In this document: positions 10,539 to 25,088 of the stretch, in pieces
Layout: each line of letters opens with the position of its first letter
Position numbering within the stretch: the stretch's first letter is position 1
From: Rhodobacterales bacterium
GTDB lineage: Bacteria > Pseudomonadota > Alphaproteobacteria > Rhodobacterales > Rhodobacteraceae
Assembly: GCA_038209775.1 (NCBI GenBank)
Contig: JBBQXK010000008.1
Coordinates: 6,649 to 70,648, forward strand
Length of the DNA stretch: 64,000 bases
Reading direction: 5' to 3'
Translations under genes and position numbers: made by a program
The notes under the pieces: generated by a model
Told to the model about the DNA's origin: nothing
What the model saw: the letters and a program-made list of their open reading frames with translations, nothing else
Database searches by the model: none

Positions 10539-11687
10539 CTACCGCCCCCGCCAGATCCAGCCGCCGCCCAGTACCCGTGACCCCTCGGGTGCATAGAACA
10601 CGCAGGCCTGACCGGGGCTGACCCCCTCTTCCGGGGACAGAAGCTCCACCTCGGCCTCGGTGTCCGACAAGGGCCGGATCACCGCCTCACGCGGGAGGCG
10701 GGTGGACCGGACGCGTGCCATCACAGGCCATTCGGTGCGCGAGGTCAGGGGCGCGTCGCCCAGCCAGTTGATTTCGCGCAGCGGCACCACACGGGTCGAC
10801 AGCGCCGCCTTCGGCCCTACGATCACCCGCCGCGTCGCGGGGTCCAGCCGCACGACATACAACGGATCCTCCAGCCCCCCGATCCCCAGCCCCTTACGCT
10901 GTCCGATGGTATAGTGGATCACCCCCCGGTGCGTGCCCAGAACGGTCCCCGCCATATCCACAATCTCACCCGGGTCCGCCGCCCCCGGCCGCAGCTTTTC
11001 GATCACTGCCGCATAATTGCCGTCGGGAACGAAACAGATGTCCTGACTGTCCGGCTTGTCCGCCACCGGCAGCCCGAACCGCGCGGCCAACGCCCGCGTT
11101 TCGGCCTTCGACTGCAGATGCCCCAACGGGAAGCGCAGGTAATCCAGTTGTGCCGGGGTGGTCGAGAACAGGAAATAGCTTTGATCCCGCGCCGCATCCG
11201 CCGCTTGGTGCAGTTCCGCCCCCGCAAGCCCCATTTTGCGCTGGATGTAATGCCCGGTCGCCATGCAATCGGCATCCAGATCGCGCGCGGTTGCCATCAG
11301 GTCCTTGAACTTCACCCGCTCGTTGCAGCGGATACAGGGCACCGGCGTGGCCCCCGCAAGATAGGCATCGGCAAACTCGTCGATCACCGCGTCGCGAAAG
11401 ATGTTCTCGTAATCCAGCACATAATGCGGAAAGCCCATCGTCTCGGCCACCCGGCGCGCGTCATGGATATCGCGCCCGGCACAGCAAGCCCCCTTTTTCG
11501 CAAGGGCCGCGCCGTGGTCATAAAGCTGCAGGGTCACCCCCACCACATCATACCCCTCAGCCGCCAGCACCGCCGCCACCACCGACGAATCAACGCCGCC
11601 CGACATCGCCACCACGACGCGGGTATCGGCAGGGGCCTTGGGCAGGCCCAGCGAATTCAGGGGTTGGTCAAGCATGTGCGGGGCCAC
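10539..11687 (-). CDS. mnmA: tRNA 2-thiouridine(34) synthase MnmA
   Basis: PP-loop [13 protein letters not shown], catalytic Cys blocks (CCAGRD.., IPCIRCN), DSQDICF. Confidence 0.93.
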   Translation of the reverse strand: MAPHMLDQPLNSLGLPKAPADTRVVVAMSGGVDSSVVAAVLAAEGYDVVGVTLQLYDHGAALAKKGACCAGRDIHDARRVAETMGFPHYVLDYENIFRDAVIDEFADAYLAGATPVPCIRCNERVKFKDLMATARDLDADCMATGHYIQRKMGLAGAELHQAADAARDQSYFLFSTTPAQLDYLRFPLGHLQSKAETRALAARFGLPVADKPDSQDICFVPDGNYAAVIEKLRPGAADPGEIVDMAGTVLGTHRGVIHYTIGQRKGLGIGGLEDPLYVVRLDPATRRVIVGPKAALSTRVVPLREINWLGDAPLTSRTEWPVMARVRSTRLPREAVIRPLSDTEAEVELLSPEEGVSPGQACVFYAPEGSRVLGGGWIWRGR

Positions 11688-11799
11688 CTTTCAGACCCGC
11701 TGCAATATAGGAAAATGCAACACACTCGCAACCCACGCGTTTCACCCTTGCTTAAGCGTGATCCGCCTAGAGTGGCCGTCAAGAGATGAGGGTTCCGTG

Positions 11800-12078
11800 A
11801 TGTATCTCAAACGTGTTGACGGTCCGCGTCAGATCACCCTGCCGGACGGCAGCGTGCTGTCGCGCGCCGATCTGCCTCCGGGCGACACCCGTCGTTGGGT
11901 GGCCAGCCGCAAGGCAGTCGTGGTGCGGGCCGTGGTCTATGGTCTGATCACCGAATCCGAGGCGCTGGAACGCTATGCGTTGTCGCCCGAAGAGTTCGAT
12001 CTGTGGCGCCGCGCGATCGAGACGCATGGCGAGGCGGCCCTCAAGGTCACCACGATCCAGAAGTATCGACAACTTTAG
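11800..12078 (+). CDS. sciP: SciP-like small transcriptional regulator (DUF1153 family)
   Basis: 92-aa protein with LPP.DT.RWV.SRKA.VV.AV..GLI....A..RY.LS.EEF..W......HG..ALKVT..Q.YR, matching the Caulobacter SciP/DUF1153 pattern. It lies directly upstream of ctrA, as described for Rhodobacter. ATG at 11800 inside ORF 11638..12078. Confidence 0.75.
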   Translation: MYLKRVDGPRQITLPDGSVLSRADLPPGDTRRWVASRKAVVVRAVVYGLITESEALERYALSPEEFDLWRRAIETHGEAALKVTTIQKYRQL

Positions 12079-12116
12079 GTTGTTTTTCACTCAGGCTCTG
12101 GCAGAGTAACGCTCGA

Positions 12117-12144
12117 TTAACCATTGGCCTCCAATGTCGTTAAC
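12117..12144 (+). promoter_or_regulatory. Candidate CtrA-box half sites upstream of ctrA (TTAACCAT at 12117..12124, GTTAAC at 12139..12144)
   Basis: The exact 8-mer TTAACCAT lies about 50 nt upstream of the ctrA ATG. A second TTAAC lies 23 nt further on. The inverted repeat CCATTGG/CCAATG overlaps the site. Confidence 0.3.
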
Positions 12145-12173
12145 AATGATGGCGCTGATGCGGAGTTTTGAAG

Positions 12174-12887
12174 ATGCGGTTGCTGCTGGTTGAAGATGAC
12201 CCCACCACCTCGCGCAGTATCGAATTGATGCTGACCCACGCGAACCTGAACGTCTATTGCACCGACCTTGGCGAGGACGGGATCGACCTGGCCAAGCTGT
12301 ATGACTACGATCTGATCCTGTTGGATCTGAATCTGCCGGACATGTCTGGCCACGATGTGCTGCGACAGTTGCGCATGGCACGGATCGACACGCCGATCCT
12401 GATCCTGTCCGGATCTGACGATACTGACAGCAAGATCAAGGGCTTCGGCTTTGGTGCCGATGACTATATGACCAAGCCCTTCCATCGTGAGGAGCTGGTC
12501 GCGCGCATCCACGCGATCATCCGACGGTCCAAGGGCCACGCGCAATCGGTGATCCGTACGGGCAAGGTGGCGATCAACCTTGATGCCAAGACCGTGGAGG
12601 TTGAAGGCAAGACGGTGCATCTGACCGGCAAGGAATATCAGATGCTGGAACTGCTGTCCTTGCGCAAGGGCACCACGCTTACCAAGGAGATGTTCCTTAA
12701 TCACCTGTACGGCGGGATGGATGAGCCGGAACTCAAGATCATCGACGTGTTCATCTGCAAGTTGCGGAAAAAGCTGGCCGAGGCGACCGGCGGGCAGAAC
12801 CACATCGAAACGGTCTGGGGTCGCGGCTATGTGCTGCGCGATCCGGGTCCGGCCACTGCGATGCCGCGTCTTGCCATCGGCGCCTGA
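12174..12887 (+). CDS. ctrA: Cell-cycle response regulator CtrA (OmpR-family)
   Basis: MRLLLVEDD...[14 protein letters not shown]...[10 protein letters not shown] receiver domain plus a winged-helix output domain ([12 protein letters not shown]). Very high resemblance to alphaproteobacterial CtrA. GGAG lies 8 nt upstream of the ATG at 12174. Confidence 0.93.
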   Translation: MRLLLVEDDPTTSRSIELMLTHANLNVYCTDLGEDGIDLAKLYDYDLILLDLNLPDMSGHDVLRQLRMARIDTPILILSGSDDTDSKIKGFGFGADDYMTKPFHREELVARIHAIIRRSKGHAQSVIRTGKVAINLDAKTVEVEGKTVHLTGKEYQMLELLSLRKGTTLTKEMFLNHLYGGMDEPELKIIDVFICKLRKKLAEATGGQNHIETVWGRGYVLRDPGPATAMPRLAIGA

Positions 12888-12897
12888 CTTGTCCTGA

Positions 12898-17159
<4,262 letters not shown>

Positions 17160-17261
17160 GGTGCGAAGATCATCCTTTGTCCGCAAATGTTCTATTAATG
17201 TTCTTTACATCATCCGCAAGATATGAGAACAAGATGGCAACAAAAGCAAAGGAGTTGCCAG

Positions 17262-17384
17262 ATGCTGAACGAAGTCAAGGCGGCAGTCGAACGGTCTTCT
17301 ACCACCATGCTGCAGGATGTCGCCGGCGTGGTCTCGCTCTTTGCGATGGTTTTCCTCGGGCTGTCGATGCCGGGGCTTTTCTGA
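17262..17384 (+). CDS. Candidate 40-aa small membrane protein (MLNEVKAAVERSSTTMLQDVAGVVSLFAMVFLGLSMPGLF)
   Basis: Too short to appear in the ORF track. AAGGAG lies 8 nt upstream of the ATG. GC-rich third positions. C-terminal hydrophobic helix. An AT-rich region lies upstream and a strong terminator about 105 nt downstream. Confidence 0.4.
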   Translation: MLNEVKAAVERSSTTMLQDVAGVVSLFAMVFLGLSMPGLF

Positions 17385-17488
17385 CGATACTGCCTGCGAT
17401 CTGCGTACCTCGGGCCCGCTGCACTTGTCCCGGTGCAGCCCTGCGCGCCTTGCCTCGCGCCACACGGCCCTACCAGATGCGCGACTTG

Positions 17489-17521
17489 CCGCCGCCTTCC
17501 CCGGAAGGCGGCGGTTTTTTT
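17489..17521 (+). terminator. Rho-independent terminator (GC stem CCGCCGCCTTCC/GGAAGGCGGCGG followed by T8)
   Basis: Near-perfect 12-nt GC-rich inverted repeat followed directly by TTTTTTTT. The T-run overlaps the stop codon of the convergent minus-strand gene. Confidence 0.65.
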
Positions 17522-17978
17522 ATCCCTGAGCCGCCGTTGCGGCCCCTTCGGCCAGAGCCACAGCCTCGGCCGCCGCCTCCATCGCCAGAAGGATCGACGC
17601 ATGCCGGTTCCGGTAGTCGCGCGCCGGCAGCAGCACCTCGAACCCGTCCCACGGGGCAGGCGGCACCGGGCCTGCATCCTTGAGCATCGCGCGCAGAGCA
17701 TCGCGCCCGGCCTCGATCTCGGCCCGGGTCCGCCCGATCAGCGCCTGCCCCATCACCGACGCCGCCGCTTGCCCAAGAGCGCAGGCTTTGACGTCCTGCG
17801 CAAATCCTGAAACCCGGCCTGCGTCCAGCATGACATCCACGGTCACGACCGATCCGCACAACGGCGAGCGTCGCCGTGACATCCCTTGGGGTGCAGGCAG
17901 GCGCCCGGTATGGGGAACATCGGCGGCCAGTTCCAGAATCCGGCCGGAATAGAGCTTGATCAGATCGCTGTCGCTCAT
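17520..17978 (-). CDS. NifU/IscU-like iron-sulfur cluster assembly scaffold protein
   Basis: LY...I.E.......G.L......R.SPLCGS.V.VD.......V..F...V.AC.LGQA.AS pattern of the IscU/SufU-like N-terminal domain. Confidence 0.75.
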   Translation of the reverse strand: MSDSDLIKLYSGRILELAADVPHTGRLPAPQGMSRRRSPLCGSVVTVDVMLDAGRVSGFAQDVKACALGQAAASVMGQALIGRTRAEIEAGRDALRAMLKDAGPVPPAPWDGFEVLLPARDYRNRHASILLAMEAAAEAVALAEGAATAAQG

Positions 17979-18040
17979 CACTTCCCCCTGTGCAAAGGGA
18001 AAGATAGACCGATTGCAGCACCTTGCAAAGGACCCCGCCC

Positions 18041-18397
18041 ATGCCCTTCGATCCTGCCTCGCTGAAATATGATGCCCTTGGCCTGATCCCGGTCGTGGCG
18101 CAAGACCATCTGACCCGCGAAGTGCTGATGTTCGCCTGGATGAATGCAGGGGCCGTCGCCCAGACGCTGGAAAGCGGGCGGGTTACCTATTGGTCGCGGT
18201 CGCGGGCGGCGTTCTGGGTCAAGGGCGAAACCTCGGGGCATGTGCAGGCGCTGGTTGAAATGCGGATCGACTGTGACCGCGATTGCCTGCTGGTTCTGGT
18301 CGACCAGACGGGGCCGGCCTGCCACACCAACCGGCAAAGCTGTTTCTACACGGCGCTGCGCGACGGCGCAGAGGTGCAGATCCTCGACCCGCTATAG
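18041..18397 (+). CDS. hisI: Phosphoribosyl-AMP cyclohydrolase
   Basis: GLIPVVAQD......LM.AWMN..A...T......YWSRSR...W.KGETSGH......IDCD.D.LL..V.Q.GPACHT...SCFY signature. Confidence 0.9.
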   Translation: MPFDPASLKYDALGLIPVVAQDHLTREVLMFAWMNAGAVAQTLESGRVTYWSRSRAAFWVKGETSGHVQALVEMRIDCDRDCLLVLVDQTGPACHTNRQSCFYTALRDGAEVQILDPL

Positions 18398-19201
18398 CCC
18401 CACCATCCGCCGGATATCGGCAGGGCTGGCTCCGTCTGCCCGGTACAGGGACAGCGCCCGCGCATCGTCGCGTTTGGCCAAGCGGTTGCCGTCATTGTCC
18501 CGGATAAGTTCATGATGGTGGTAACTTGGCGTCGGAAGCTCAAGCAACCTCTGAAGAACCAGATGGATCGCGGTGGCCGTGAAAAGATCAGCCCCTCGCG
18601 TCACCAGTGTAACACCTTGTTCCGCATCATCGACCACGACGGCAACATGATAGGAGGTCCCGATATCCCGACGCGCCAGCACGATATCACCGACCGATCG
18701 CACCAGATCATCACCATACCTGTGCTGTCCGGCATGGAGCGGCCCCGTCTCGTGAAACGACACTCCACCCAGACGCGCCATCGCCGCCGCCATATCCAGC
18801 CGGATCGCCGCGCCCGCAACCGCGTGCCCCTTACCCCGGCAAGTGCCCGGATAGACCGGCCCCTCTGGCCCCTCTTGCGGCGCGCTGATGGCAGCCCGGA
18901 TATCGGCGCGGGTGCAGGTGCAGGCATAAGCCATTCCCATCGCCAGAAGCCGGTCCACGGCCGCCCGATACTGCGCCAGGCGTTCCGACTGGCGCAGAAC
19001 GGGTTCCTCCCACCGCAGGCCAAGCCATTGAAGATCATAGAAGATCGCCCGCTCCCAATCGGGACGGCACCGCGCCACGTCGATATCCTCGATCCGCAGC
19101 AGAAACCGCGTGCCCCGCGCGGCGGCGGCCAGTGCGGCAAAGGCATGGCCCAGATGCAACGGCCCTGTGGGGGATGGGGCAAAGCGGGTTACGTCAGCCA
19201 T
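18392..19201 (-). CDS. gluQ: tRNA glutamyl-Q(34) synthetase GluQRS
   Basis: Truncated GluRS-like catalytic domain: [15 protein letters not shown] (HIGH), LLRIEDID, Cys cluster CTC...C, and no anticodon-binding domain (269 aa). Confidence 0.85.
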   Translation of the reverse strand: MADVTRFAPSPTGPLHLGHAFAALAAAARGTRFLLRIEDIDVARCRPDWERAIFYDLQWLGLRWEEPVLRQSERLAQYRAAVDRLLAMGMAYACTCTRADIRAAISAPQEGPEGPVYPGTCRGKGHAVAGAAIRLDMAAAMARLGGVSFHETGPLHAGQHRYGDDLVRSVGDIVLARRDIGTSYHVAVVVDDAEQGVTLVTRGADLFTATAIHLVLQRLLELPTPSYHHHELIRDNDGNRLAKRDDARALSLYRADGASPADIRRMVGL

Positions 19202-20514
19202 GCCGCAAAGGATGCCTTGGCGCGGTCGGTATAGGCTTTGTAGCGGTCCTTGCGCCCCTTGCGCCCAGCTTTGGCATCGATGGGGGGGAAGAGGCCGAAG
19301 TTCACGTTCATCGGCTGGAAAGTCTTGGCATCCGCGCCGCCCGTTATGTGATGCAGCAAGGCACCCGTCGCCGTGTCCGGCGGTGGGGGCGGCAAGGTGC
19401 GCCCCAGCATCTCTGCCGCCGCCATCCGCCCCGCCAAAAGCCCCATCGCGGCACTTTCGACATAGCCCTCGACGCCCGTGATCTGCCCGGCAAAGCGGAT
19501 GTTAGGGCGCAGCTTCAGCCGCATCTGCGCGTCCAGAAGCGTGGGCGAGTTGATGAAGGTGTTCCGGTGGATGCCCCCTAGGCGCGCGAACGACGCCTCC
19601 TCCAACCCCGGAATCATCCTGAAAACATCCACTTGCGCGCCGTGCTTCATCTTGGTCTGGAAGCCCACGATGTTGAACAGGGTGCCAAGCGCATTGTCCC
19701 TGCGCAACTGGACGACCGCATAGGGTTTTTCTGGACGGTGCGGGTTGGTCAGGCCAACAGGTTTCATCGGGCCAAAGCGCAACGTCTCGCGTCCGCGCTC
19801 GGCCATCACCTCGATGGGCAGGCAGCCGTCAAAATATCCCGCCGTCTCGCCTGCGTGAAACGTGGTCTTGTCGGCTGCAAGGATCGCATCGATGAAGGCG
19901 TTGTACTGGACCCGGTCCATCGGACAGTTGATGTAGGCAGTCTGTTCTTCAGGGGTCTCGCCTTTGTCATAGCGCGACTGCATCCAGGCCAGCCCCATGT
20001 CGATGCTGTCAGAATGCACGATGGGGGCGATGGCGTCAAAGAATGCCAATGCCTCGGCACCGGTTGCAGCACGGATGCTGTCAGCCAAGGCACCAGAGGT
20101 CAAAGGCCCGGTGGCGACGATCCATTTTCCGGTCGAGGGAAGGTCCGTAACCTCCTCAAAAGACGTCGAAATCAGCGGATGCTCGCGCAGGCGCCCAGTC
20201 ACGCTTTCGGCGAAGGGGTCGCGGTCCACGGCCAAGGCGCCGCCTGCAGGCAGCCGGTGTTTTGCGGCCATTTCCATGATGAGGCCGCCCGCCGCCCGCA
20301 TCTCCCAATGCAAAAGGCCTACCGCATTGCGCTCGTCATCATCCGAGCGGAACGAGTTCGAACAAACCATTTCAGCAAAATTTCCGGTCCGGTGGGCAAA
20401 GGTTCCGACGCCCGGGCGCATCTCGTGGATCACCACCGGCACGCCCATTTCCGCCGCTTGCCAGGCCGCCTCGGAACCCGCCATGCCGCCGCCGATGATG
20501 TGAAGGGGATCCAT
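19189..20514 (-). CDS. trmFO: Methylenetetrahydrofolate--tRNA-(uracil-5)-methyltransferase TrmFO
   Basis: FAD motif [37 protein letters not shown] blocks. Confidence 0.93.
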   Translation of the reverse strand: MDPLHIIGGGMAGSEAAWQAAEMGVPVVIHEMRPGVGTFAHRTGNFAEMVCSNSFRSDDDERNAVGLLHWEMRAAGGLIMEMAAKHRLPAGGALAVDRDPFAESVTGRLREHPLISTSFEEVTDLPSTGKWIVATGPLTSGALADSIRAATGAEALAFFDAIAPIVHSDSIDMGLAWMQSRYDKGETPEEQTAYINCPMDRVQYNAFIDAILAADKTTFHAGETAGYFDGCLPIEVMAERGRETLRFGPMKPVGLTNPHRPEKPYAVVQLRRDNALGTLFNIVGFQTKMKHGAQVDVFRMIPGLEEASFARLGGIHRNTFINSPTLLDAQMRLKLRPNIRFAGQITGVEGYVESAAMGLLAGRMAAAEMLGRTLPPPPPDTATGALLHHITGGADAKTFQPMNVNFGLFPPIDAKAGRKGRKDRYKAYTDRAKASFAAWLT

Positions 20515-20523
20515 TTGCGCGGT

Positions 20524-20826
20524 CTATCCCTGCCGCCGGTGCACTTCAAGACGCTGCGCTTGAACAAAGGCCGCGCGGTCGGGGATCGCCACGCCCAGCG
20601 ATTGTGCCTTTGCAAAGAACCCCTCGGCAGGCAACCCGAACCCAAGTCGGGCACGGCACACAACCGCGCGAAAGGGGAGCCCTGCAGCGGCATCGACTTC
20701 CATCAGCCGTTCAAGACCTGCGGTCAATTCGGCCATGCTTACCCCCAGCTCCCGGGCCAATGCGCCATAAGTCATTGTATCGGCGCGCAATGCCAGATCG
20801 GCCAGCCGCACCTCAACCGGTGTCAC
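20524..20826 (-). CDS. Hypothetical 100-aa protein, possible HTH
   Basis: Fills the gap between gyrA (4-nt overlap) and trmFO (9-nt gap) on the same strand. The segment [23 protein letters not shown] looks like a helix-turn-helix. No family recognised. Confidence 0.5.
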   Translation of the reverse strand: MTPVEVRLADLALRADTMTYGALARELGVSMAELTAGLERLMEVDAAAGLPFRAVVCRARLGFGLPAEGFFAKAQSLGVAIPDRAAFVQAQRLEVHRRQG

Positions 20827-23537
20827 GCGGGATCGTCTCCCTGCTCCGCCACCCGAGCCACCGACACAACCTCCTCCTCCGCCGCCACGTTGAACACCCG
20901 CACCCCACCGGCCGCGCGCGACCGGAACGACACCTGATCGACCGGCACGCGAATCGACTGGCCGGTCGAGGTAGCCAGCATGATCTGGTCGGACAGCGTG
21001 ACCGGGAACGAGGCCACGATACGACCGCCCCTAGGCCCGGGCGAGATTGCCTTGACGCCCATCCCGCCGCGCCCGCGCACCGGATAATCGTGGCTGGACG
21101 ACAGCTTGCCCGATCCGCCTTTGGTCACAGTCAGGATCAGATCCTCGGCCGCAGACATCGCGGCATAGCGTTCTGGGGACAACTGGCCAGCAGGTACATC
21201 GTCGTCGTCTTCGTCCGTTTCATCCTCGGTGATTCCGGCCACCAGGCGGCGCTGCTTGAGGTAGGCGGCGCGTTCGGATGGATCGGCCTCGAAATGCCGG
21301 ATGATCGCCATCGACACCACGCGGTCGTCGGTTGCCAGCCGGATGCCACGCACCCCGGTTGAACCGCGCGACTTGAACACCCTGATTTCATTGGTGGAAA
21401 ACCGGATTGCGCGGCCAAGTGCGGTGACTAGCATGACATCGTCATTCTCGTCGGCGATTGCGGCATTCACCAGAAACACGCCTTCGGGCAGGTTCATCGC
21501 GATCTTGCCGTTGCGTTTCACGTTGGTGAAATCCGACAGGTCGTTCTGGCGCACATCGCCGTCGCTGGTGGCAAAGACGATCTGCAGGGTCGCCCATTCC
21601 TCTTCGGGCACGTCCACTGGCATCAGGGCGGCGATGGACACGCCGCCCTCGATCGGCAGGATGTTCACGATGGCCTTGCCCCGCGCCGTGCGCCCCGCAA
21701 GCGGCAGGCGCCAGGTCTTGAGTTTGTAGACCATGCCATCGGTTGTGAAGAACAAGAGCCAAGTATGCGTATTTGCAACAAAAAGGGTCGTTACAACATC
21801 GTCTTCCTTGGTCTGCATACTGGCCAGACCTTTGCCGCCCCGGTTCTGCGCACGGAACTCGGCAAGGGGGGTGCGCTTGATGTAGCCGCCCGAGGTGATG
21901 GTCACGACCATATCCTCGCGCTCGATCAGGTCTTCGTCTTCCATGTCGCCCGACCAGTCGACAATCTCGGTCCGGCGGGGGACGGCGAACAGCGCGCGCA
22001 CCTCGCGCAACTCATCCGAAATGATCGCCATGATCCGGTCGCGCGAGCCGAGGATTTCGAGGAAGTCGCGGATTTTCCCTGCAAGTTCAGCCAGTTCGTC
22101 GGTGACTTCCTTGACGCCAAGTGCGGTCAGGCGTTGCAGGCGCAGGTCCAGAATGGCGCGGGCCTGGATCTCGGACAGGTTATAGGTGCCGTCCTCGTTG
22201 ATCGTGTGGGTGGGGTCGTCGATCAGTTTGATGTAGCCCGCAATGTCCTGCGCGGGCCAGCGGCGGGTCATCAGGTGTTCGCGGGCCTCTGACGCATCGG
22301 CAGAGGCGCGGATGGTGCGGACAACCTCGTCAACGTTCGACACGGCAACCGCCAGACCGCAGAGGATATGGCTGCGTTCGCGGGCCCGACGAAGTTCAAA
22401 GGCGGTGCGGCGTGCCACAACTTCCTCGCGGAAGGTGATGAAATACGTAAGAAAATCGCGCAAGGTCAGTTGTTCAGGGCGGCCGCCGTTCAGGGCCAGC
22501 ATGTTGCAGCCAAAGCTGACCTGCATCGGGCTGAAGCGGTAAAGCTGGTTCAGGACGACGTCCGCTGTTGCGTCGCGTTTCAGTTCGATCACCACGCGCA
22601 CACCGATGCGGTCGGATTCGTCCTGGACGTGGGAGATGCCTTCGATCTTTTTCTCGCGGACCGCTTCGGCGATGATTTCGATCATCCGCGACTTGTTCAC
22701 CTGATAGGGAACCTCGTCGATGATGATGGCATAGCGGTCTTTGCGGAGTTCCTCGATATGGGTCTTGGCGCGGATGATGACCGAGCCGCGACCCTCCAGA
22801 TAGGCCTTTCTTGCGCCGGACCTACCAAGGATGGTGGCACCTGTGGGGAAATCGGGGGCGGGGATGATCTCCATCAGCGCCTCCATCGACAGGTCGGGGT
22901 TGTCGATCAGGGCCAGCGTGCCGTCGATGACCTCGCCCAGATTGTGGGGCGGGATGTTGGTGGCCATGCCGACGGCGATACCGCCCGCGCCATTGACCAG
23001 CATGTTCGGAAAGCGGGCGGGAAGGACGGTGGGTTCACGGTCTTTTCCGTCATAATTGTCCTGAAAATCGACGGTGTCCTTGTCGATATCGGCCAGAAGA
23101 AAGGCCGCAGGCTTGTCCATACGGACCTCGGTATAGCGCATGGCAGCGGCGTTGTCGCCGTCCATCGAGCCGAAATTTCCCTGTCCGTCCAGTAGCTTGA
23201 GCGACATCGAGAATGGTTGCGCCATACGCACCAGAGCGTCGTAGATCGCAGAATCGCCGTGGGGGTGGTACTTGCCCATGGTGTCGCCGACGGGGCGGGC
23301 GGATTTGCGGTAGGCCTTGTCGTGGGTGTTGCCGGAATCCTGCATTGCGTAAAGAATGCGCCGATGCACAGGCTTTAATCCGTCGCGCAGGTCGGGGATG
23401 GCGCGGCTGACGATCACGCTCATCGCGTAGTCGAGGTAGGCCGTTTTCATCTCATCCGCGATGGAAACCTGCGGGCCGAGATGCGGGTTTATCGGCTTTT
23501 CTTCAGGCTTTTCAATGTCGTCCGGGGTGTCGCTCAT
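20823..23537 (-). CDS. gyrA: DNA gyrase subunit A
   Basis: [41 protein letters not shown] (QRDR), the catalytic Tyr region AAMRYTE and C-terminal beta-pinwheel repeats. Confidence 0.97.
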   Translation of the reverse strand: MSDTPDDIEKPEEKPINPHLGPQVSIADEMKTAYLDYAMSVIVSRAIPDLRDGLKPVHRRILYAMQDSGNTHDKAYRKSARPVGDTMGKYHPHGDSAIYDALVRMAQPFSMSLKLLDGQGNFGSMDGDNAAAMRYTEVRMDKPAAFLLADIDKDTVDFQDNYDGKDREPTVLPARFPNMLVNGAGGIAVGMATNIPPHNLGEVIDGTLALIDNPDLSMEALMEIIPAPDFPTGATILGRSGARKAYLEGRGSVIIRAKTHIEELRKDRYAIIIDEVPYQVNKSRMIEIIAEAVREKKIEGISHVQDESDRIGVRVVIELKRDATADVVLNQLYRFSPMQVSFGCNMLALNGGRPEQLTLRDFLTYFITFREEVVARRTAFELRRARERSHILCGLAVAVSNVDEVVRTIRASADASEAREHLMTRRWPAQDIAGYIKLIDDPTHTINEDGTYNLSEIQARAILDLRLQRLTALGVKEVTDELAELAGKIRDFLEILGSRDRIMAIISDELREVRALFAVPRRTEIVDWSGDMEDEDLIEREDMVVTITSGGYIKRTPLAEFRAQNRGGKGLASMQTKEDDVVTTLFVANTHTWLLFFTTDGMVYKLKTWRLPLAGRTARGKAIVNILPIEGGVSIAALMPVDVPEEEWATLQIVFATSDGDVRQNDLSDFTNVKRNGKIAMNLPEGVFLVNAAIADENDDVMLVTALGRAIRFSTNEIRVFKSRGSTGVRGIRLATDDRVVSMAIIRHFEADPSERAAYLKQRRLVAGITEDETDEDDDDVPAGQLSPERYAAMSAAEDLILTVTKGGSGKLSSSHDYPVRGRGGMGVKAISPGPRGGRIVASFPVTLSDQIMLATSTGQSIRVPVDQVSFRSRAAGGVRVFNVAAEEEVVSVARVAEQGDDPA

Positions 23538-23705
23538 GCGGCGGGGGGCCTGCTGTTGGAGGGGTTGGCAAGACCTTACACCATGGCGGACAGGGGCCGC
23601 AAGGCGGTGGCGAAGCGTCGTTGGCAGCCGTGACGGGTGAGTGACAACATATTGTTTTTATTGACGTTTTGTGACGATGGCGCATCATTTTTATTGGGGG
23701 GCAGG

Positions 23706-23999
23706 ATGGAGAATGGGATGACTGCAGCGACCACACGCAACGAGACGGAGCTGATGCTGAAGGGGTACGGGCTGACGACGGCGCAGATTTACTATCGGAT
23801 GCCCGATTATCGCAATGTTCTCAATACCTTCGTCTGGCAGAAGTACGATCTGGCACCCGATTATCCCGAGTTGTTCAAGTTCATCGAGTTCTGGCAGAGC
23901 AGCATCGAGGGGCCGCTGCATTCTGTGCAGTTCGCCCATCGCAAGCTGATCGGGCCGGGTGAGTGGCGGCATGTGAAGGGCGAGTTTCTGCTGCATTAG
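23706..23999 (+). CDS. Usg-family protein
   Basis: GYGLTTAQI.YRMPD....L..FVWQ.YDLAP.YP.L..F..FW...I.GPLHSV pattern typical of Usg-like proteins. The start could be 23706 or 23718. Confidence 0.7.
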   Translation: MENGMTAATTRNETELMLKGYGLTTAQIYYRMPDYRNVLNTFVWQKYDLAPDYPELFKFIEFWQSSIEGPLHSVQFAHRKLIGPGEWRHVKGEFLLH

Positions 24000-24001
24000 G
24001 G

Positions 24002-24034
24002 GCATGCACAACGCATGCACAACCGATGCACACC
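24002..24034. repeat. 11-nt tandem repeat GCATGCACAAC x2 plus a degenerate third copy
   Basis: Read directly in the 57-nt convergent gap between the usg-like gene and ocd. Followed by the small hairpin ATGCAC-ACCCC-GTGCAT. Confidence 0.5.
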
Positions 24035-24056
24035 CCGTGCATACGCCGATGCGGGT

Positions 24057-25088
24057 CTAGCTGGCGCGCAGGATCATGCCGAAGAGGTCGCGCGGATCGT
24101 CAGGGTCGGCGATCATGTCGAGGTTTTCGAACAAGCCGGTCTCGCGGGCGCGGGCCAGCACATAACGGAGTGCCGCGAAATCTTCGATGGCGAAACCGAC
24201 GCTGTCGAAGAGGGTTACTTGTGCCGGGGAGGTGCGGCCTGCGACCTGACCGCAGATGACCTGCCACAACTCGGTGACGGGGTGGTCGGGGGGCAGTTGC
24301 TGAATCTCGCCCTCGATGCGGGTCTGGGCGGGGTATTCGACGAAGATCTGCGAGCGCAGCAGAATGTCACGGTGCAACTCGGTCTTGCCGGGGCAATCGC
24401 CGCCGACGCCGTTGATGTGGACGCCCGACCCAAGCATGTTGTCGGTCAGGATGGTGGCGTTGGTCTTGTCGGCGGTGACGGTGGTGATGATTTGTGCGCC
24501 AAGGATCGCCTCTTCGGCGGTCTTGCATGACACGATCTTCAACCCCGACCCCGCCAGATTGCGCGCGCATTTTTCGGTGGCGGCGGGGTCGATGTCGTAA
24601 AGGCGCATTTCGGTCAGGCCGCAGATCGCCTTGAAGGCGAGCGCCTGAAACTCGGCCTGCGCGCCGTTGCCGATCAGGGCCATGGTGGTGGCGCCTTTGG
24701 GGGCAAGCCATTTCGCGGCCATGGCCGAGGTGGCGGCGGTGCGCAGGGCGGTGAGGATGGTCATTTCGGACAGAAGGACGGGGTAGCCCGTGGCGACATC
24801 GGCCAGAAGGCCGAAGGCGGTGACGGTCTGGAGGCCGCGCTTCATGTTGGACGGGTGGCCATTGACGTATTTGAAGCCGTAGGTTTCGCCGTCGGAGGTG
24901 GGCATGAGTTCGATCACGCCGACATCGGAGTGGGATGCGATGCGGGGGGTCTTGTCGAACAGGGGCCAGCGGCGGAAGTCAGCCTCAATCTCAGCCTCAA
25001 GGTCGCGCAGCATGCGTTCGATGCCGAGGTGGAGGACCAGTTTCATCATCTTGTCGACGGACACGAAGGGGACGAGGTTCAGCATCAT
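24057..25088 (-). CDS. ocd: Ornithine cyclodeaminase (mu-crystallin family)
   Basis: GFKYVNGHP.N...GL.TV.A.G.L.D...GYP...SE...LTALRTAA.SA.AAK and GNGAQ.EFQ Rossmann block. Overlaps the upstream arginase gene by 4 nt. Confidence 0.85.
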   Translation of the reverse strand: MMLNLVPFVSVDKMMKLVLHLGIERMLRDLEAEIEADFRRWPLFDKTPRIASHSDVGVIELMPTSDGETYGFKYVNGHPSNMKRGLQTVTAFGLLADVATGYPVLLSEMTILTALRTAATSAMAAKWLAPKGATTMALIGNGAQAEFQALAFKAICGLTEMRLYDIDPAATEKCARNLAGSGLKIVSCKTAEEAILGAQIITTVTADKTNATILTDNMLGSGVHINGVGGDCPGKTELHRDILLRSQIFVEYPAQTRIEGEIQQLPPDHPVTELWQVICGQVAGRTSPAQVTLFDSVGFAIEDFAALRYVLARARETGLFENLDMIADPDDPRDLFGMILRAS

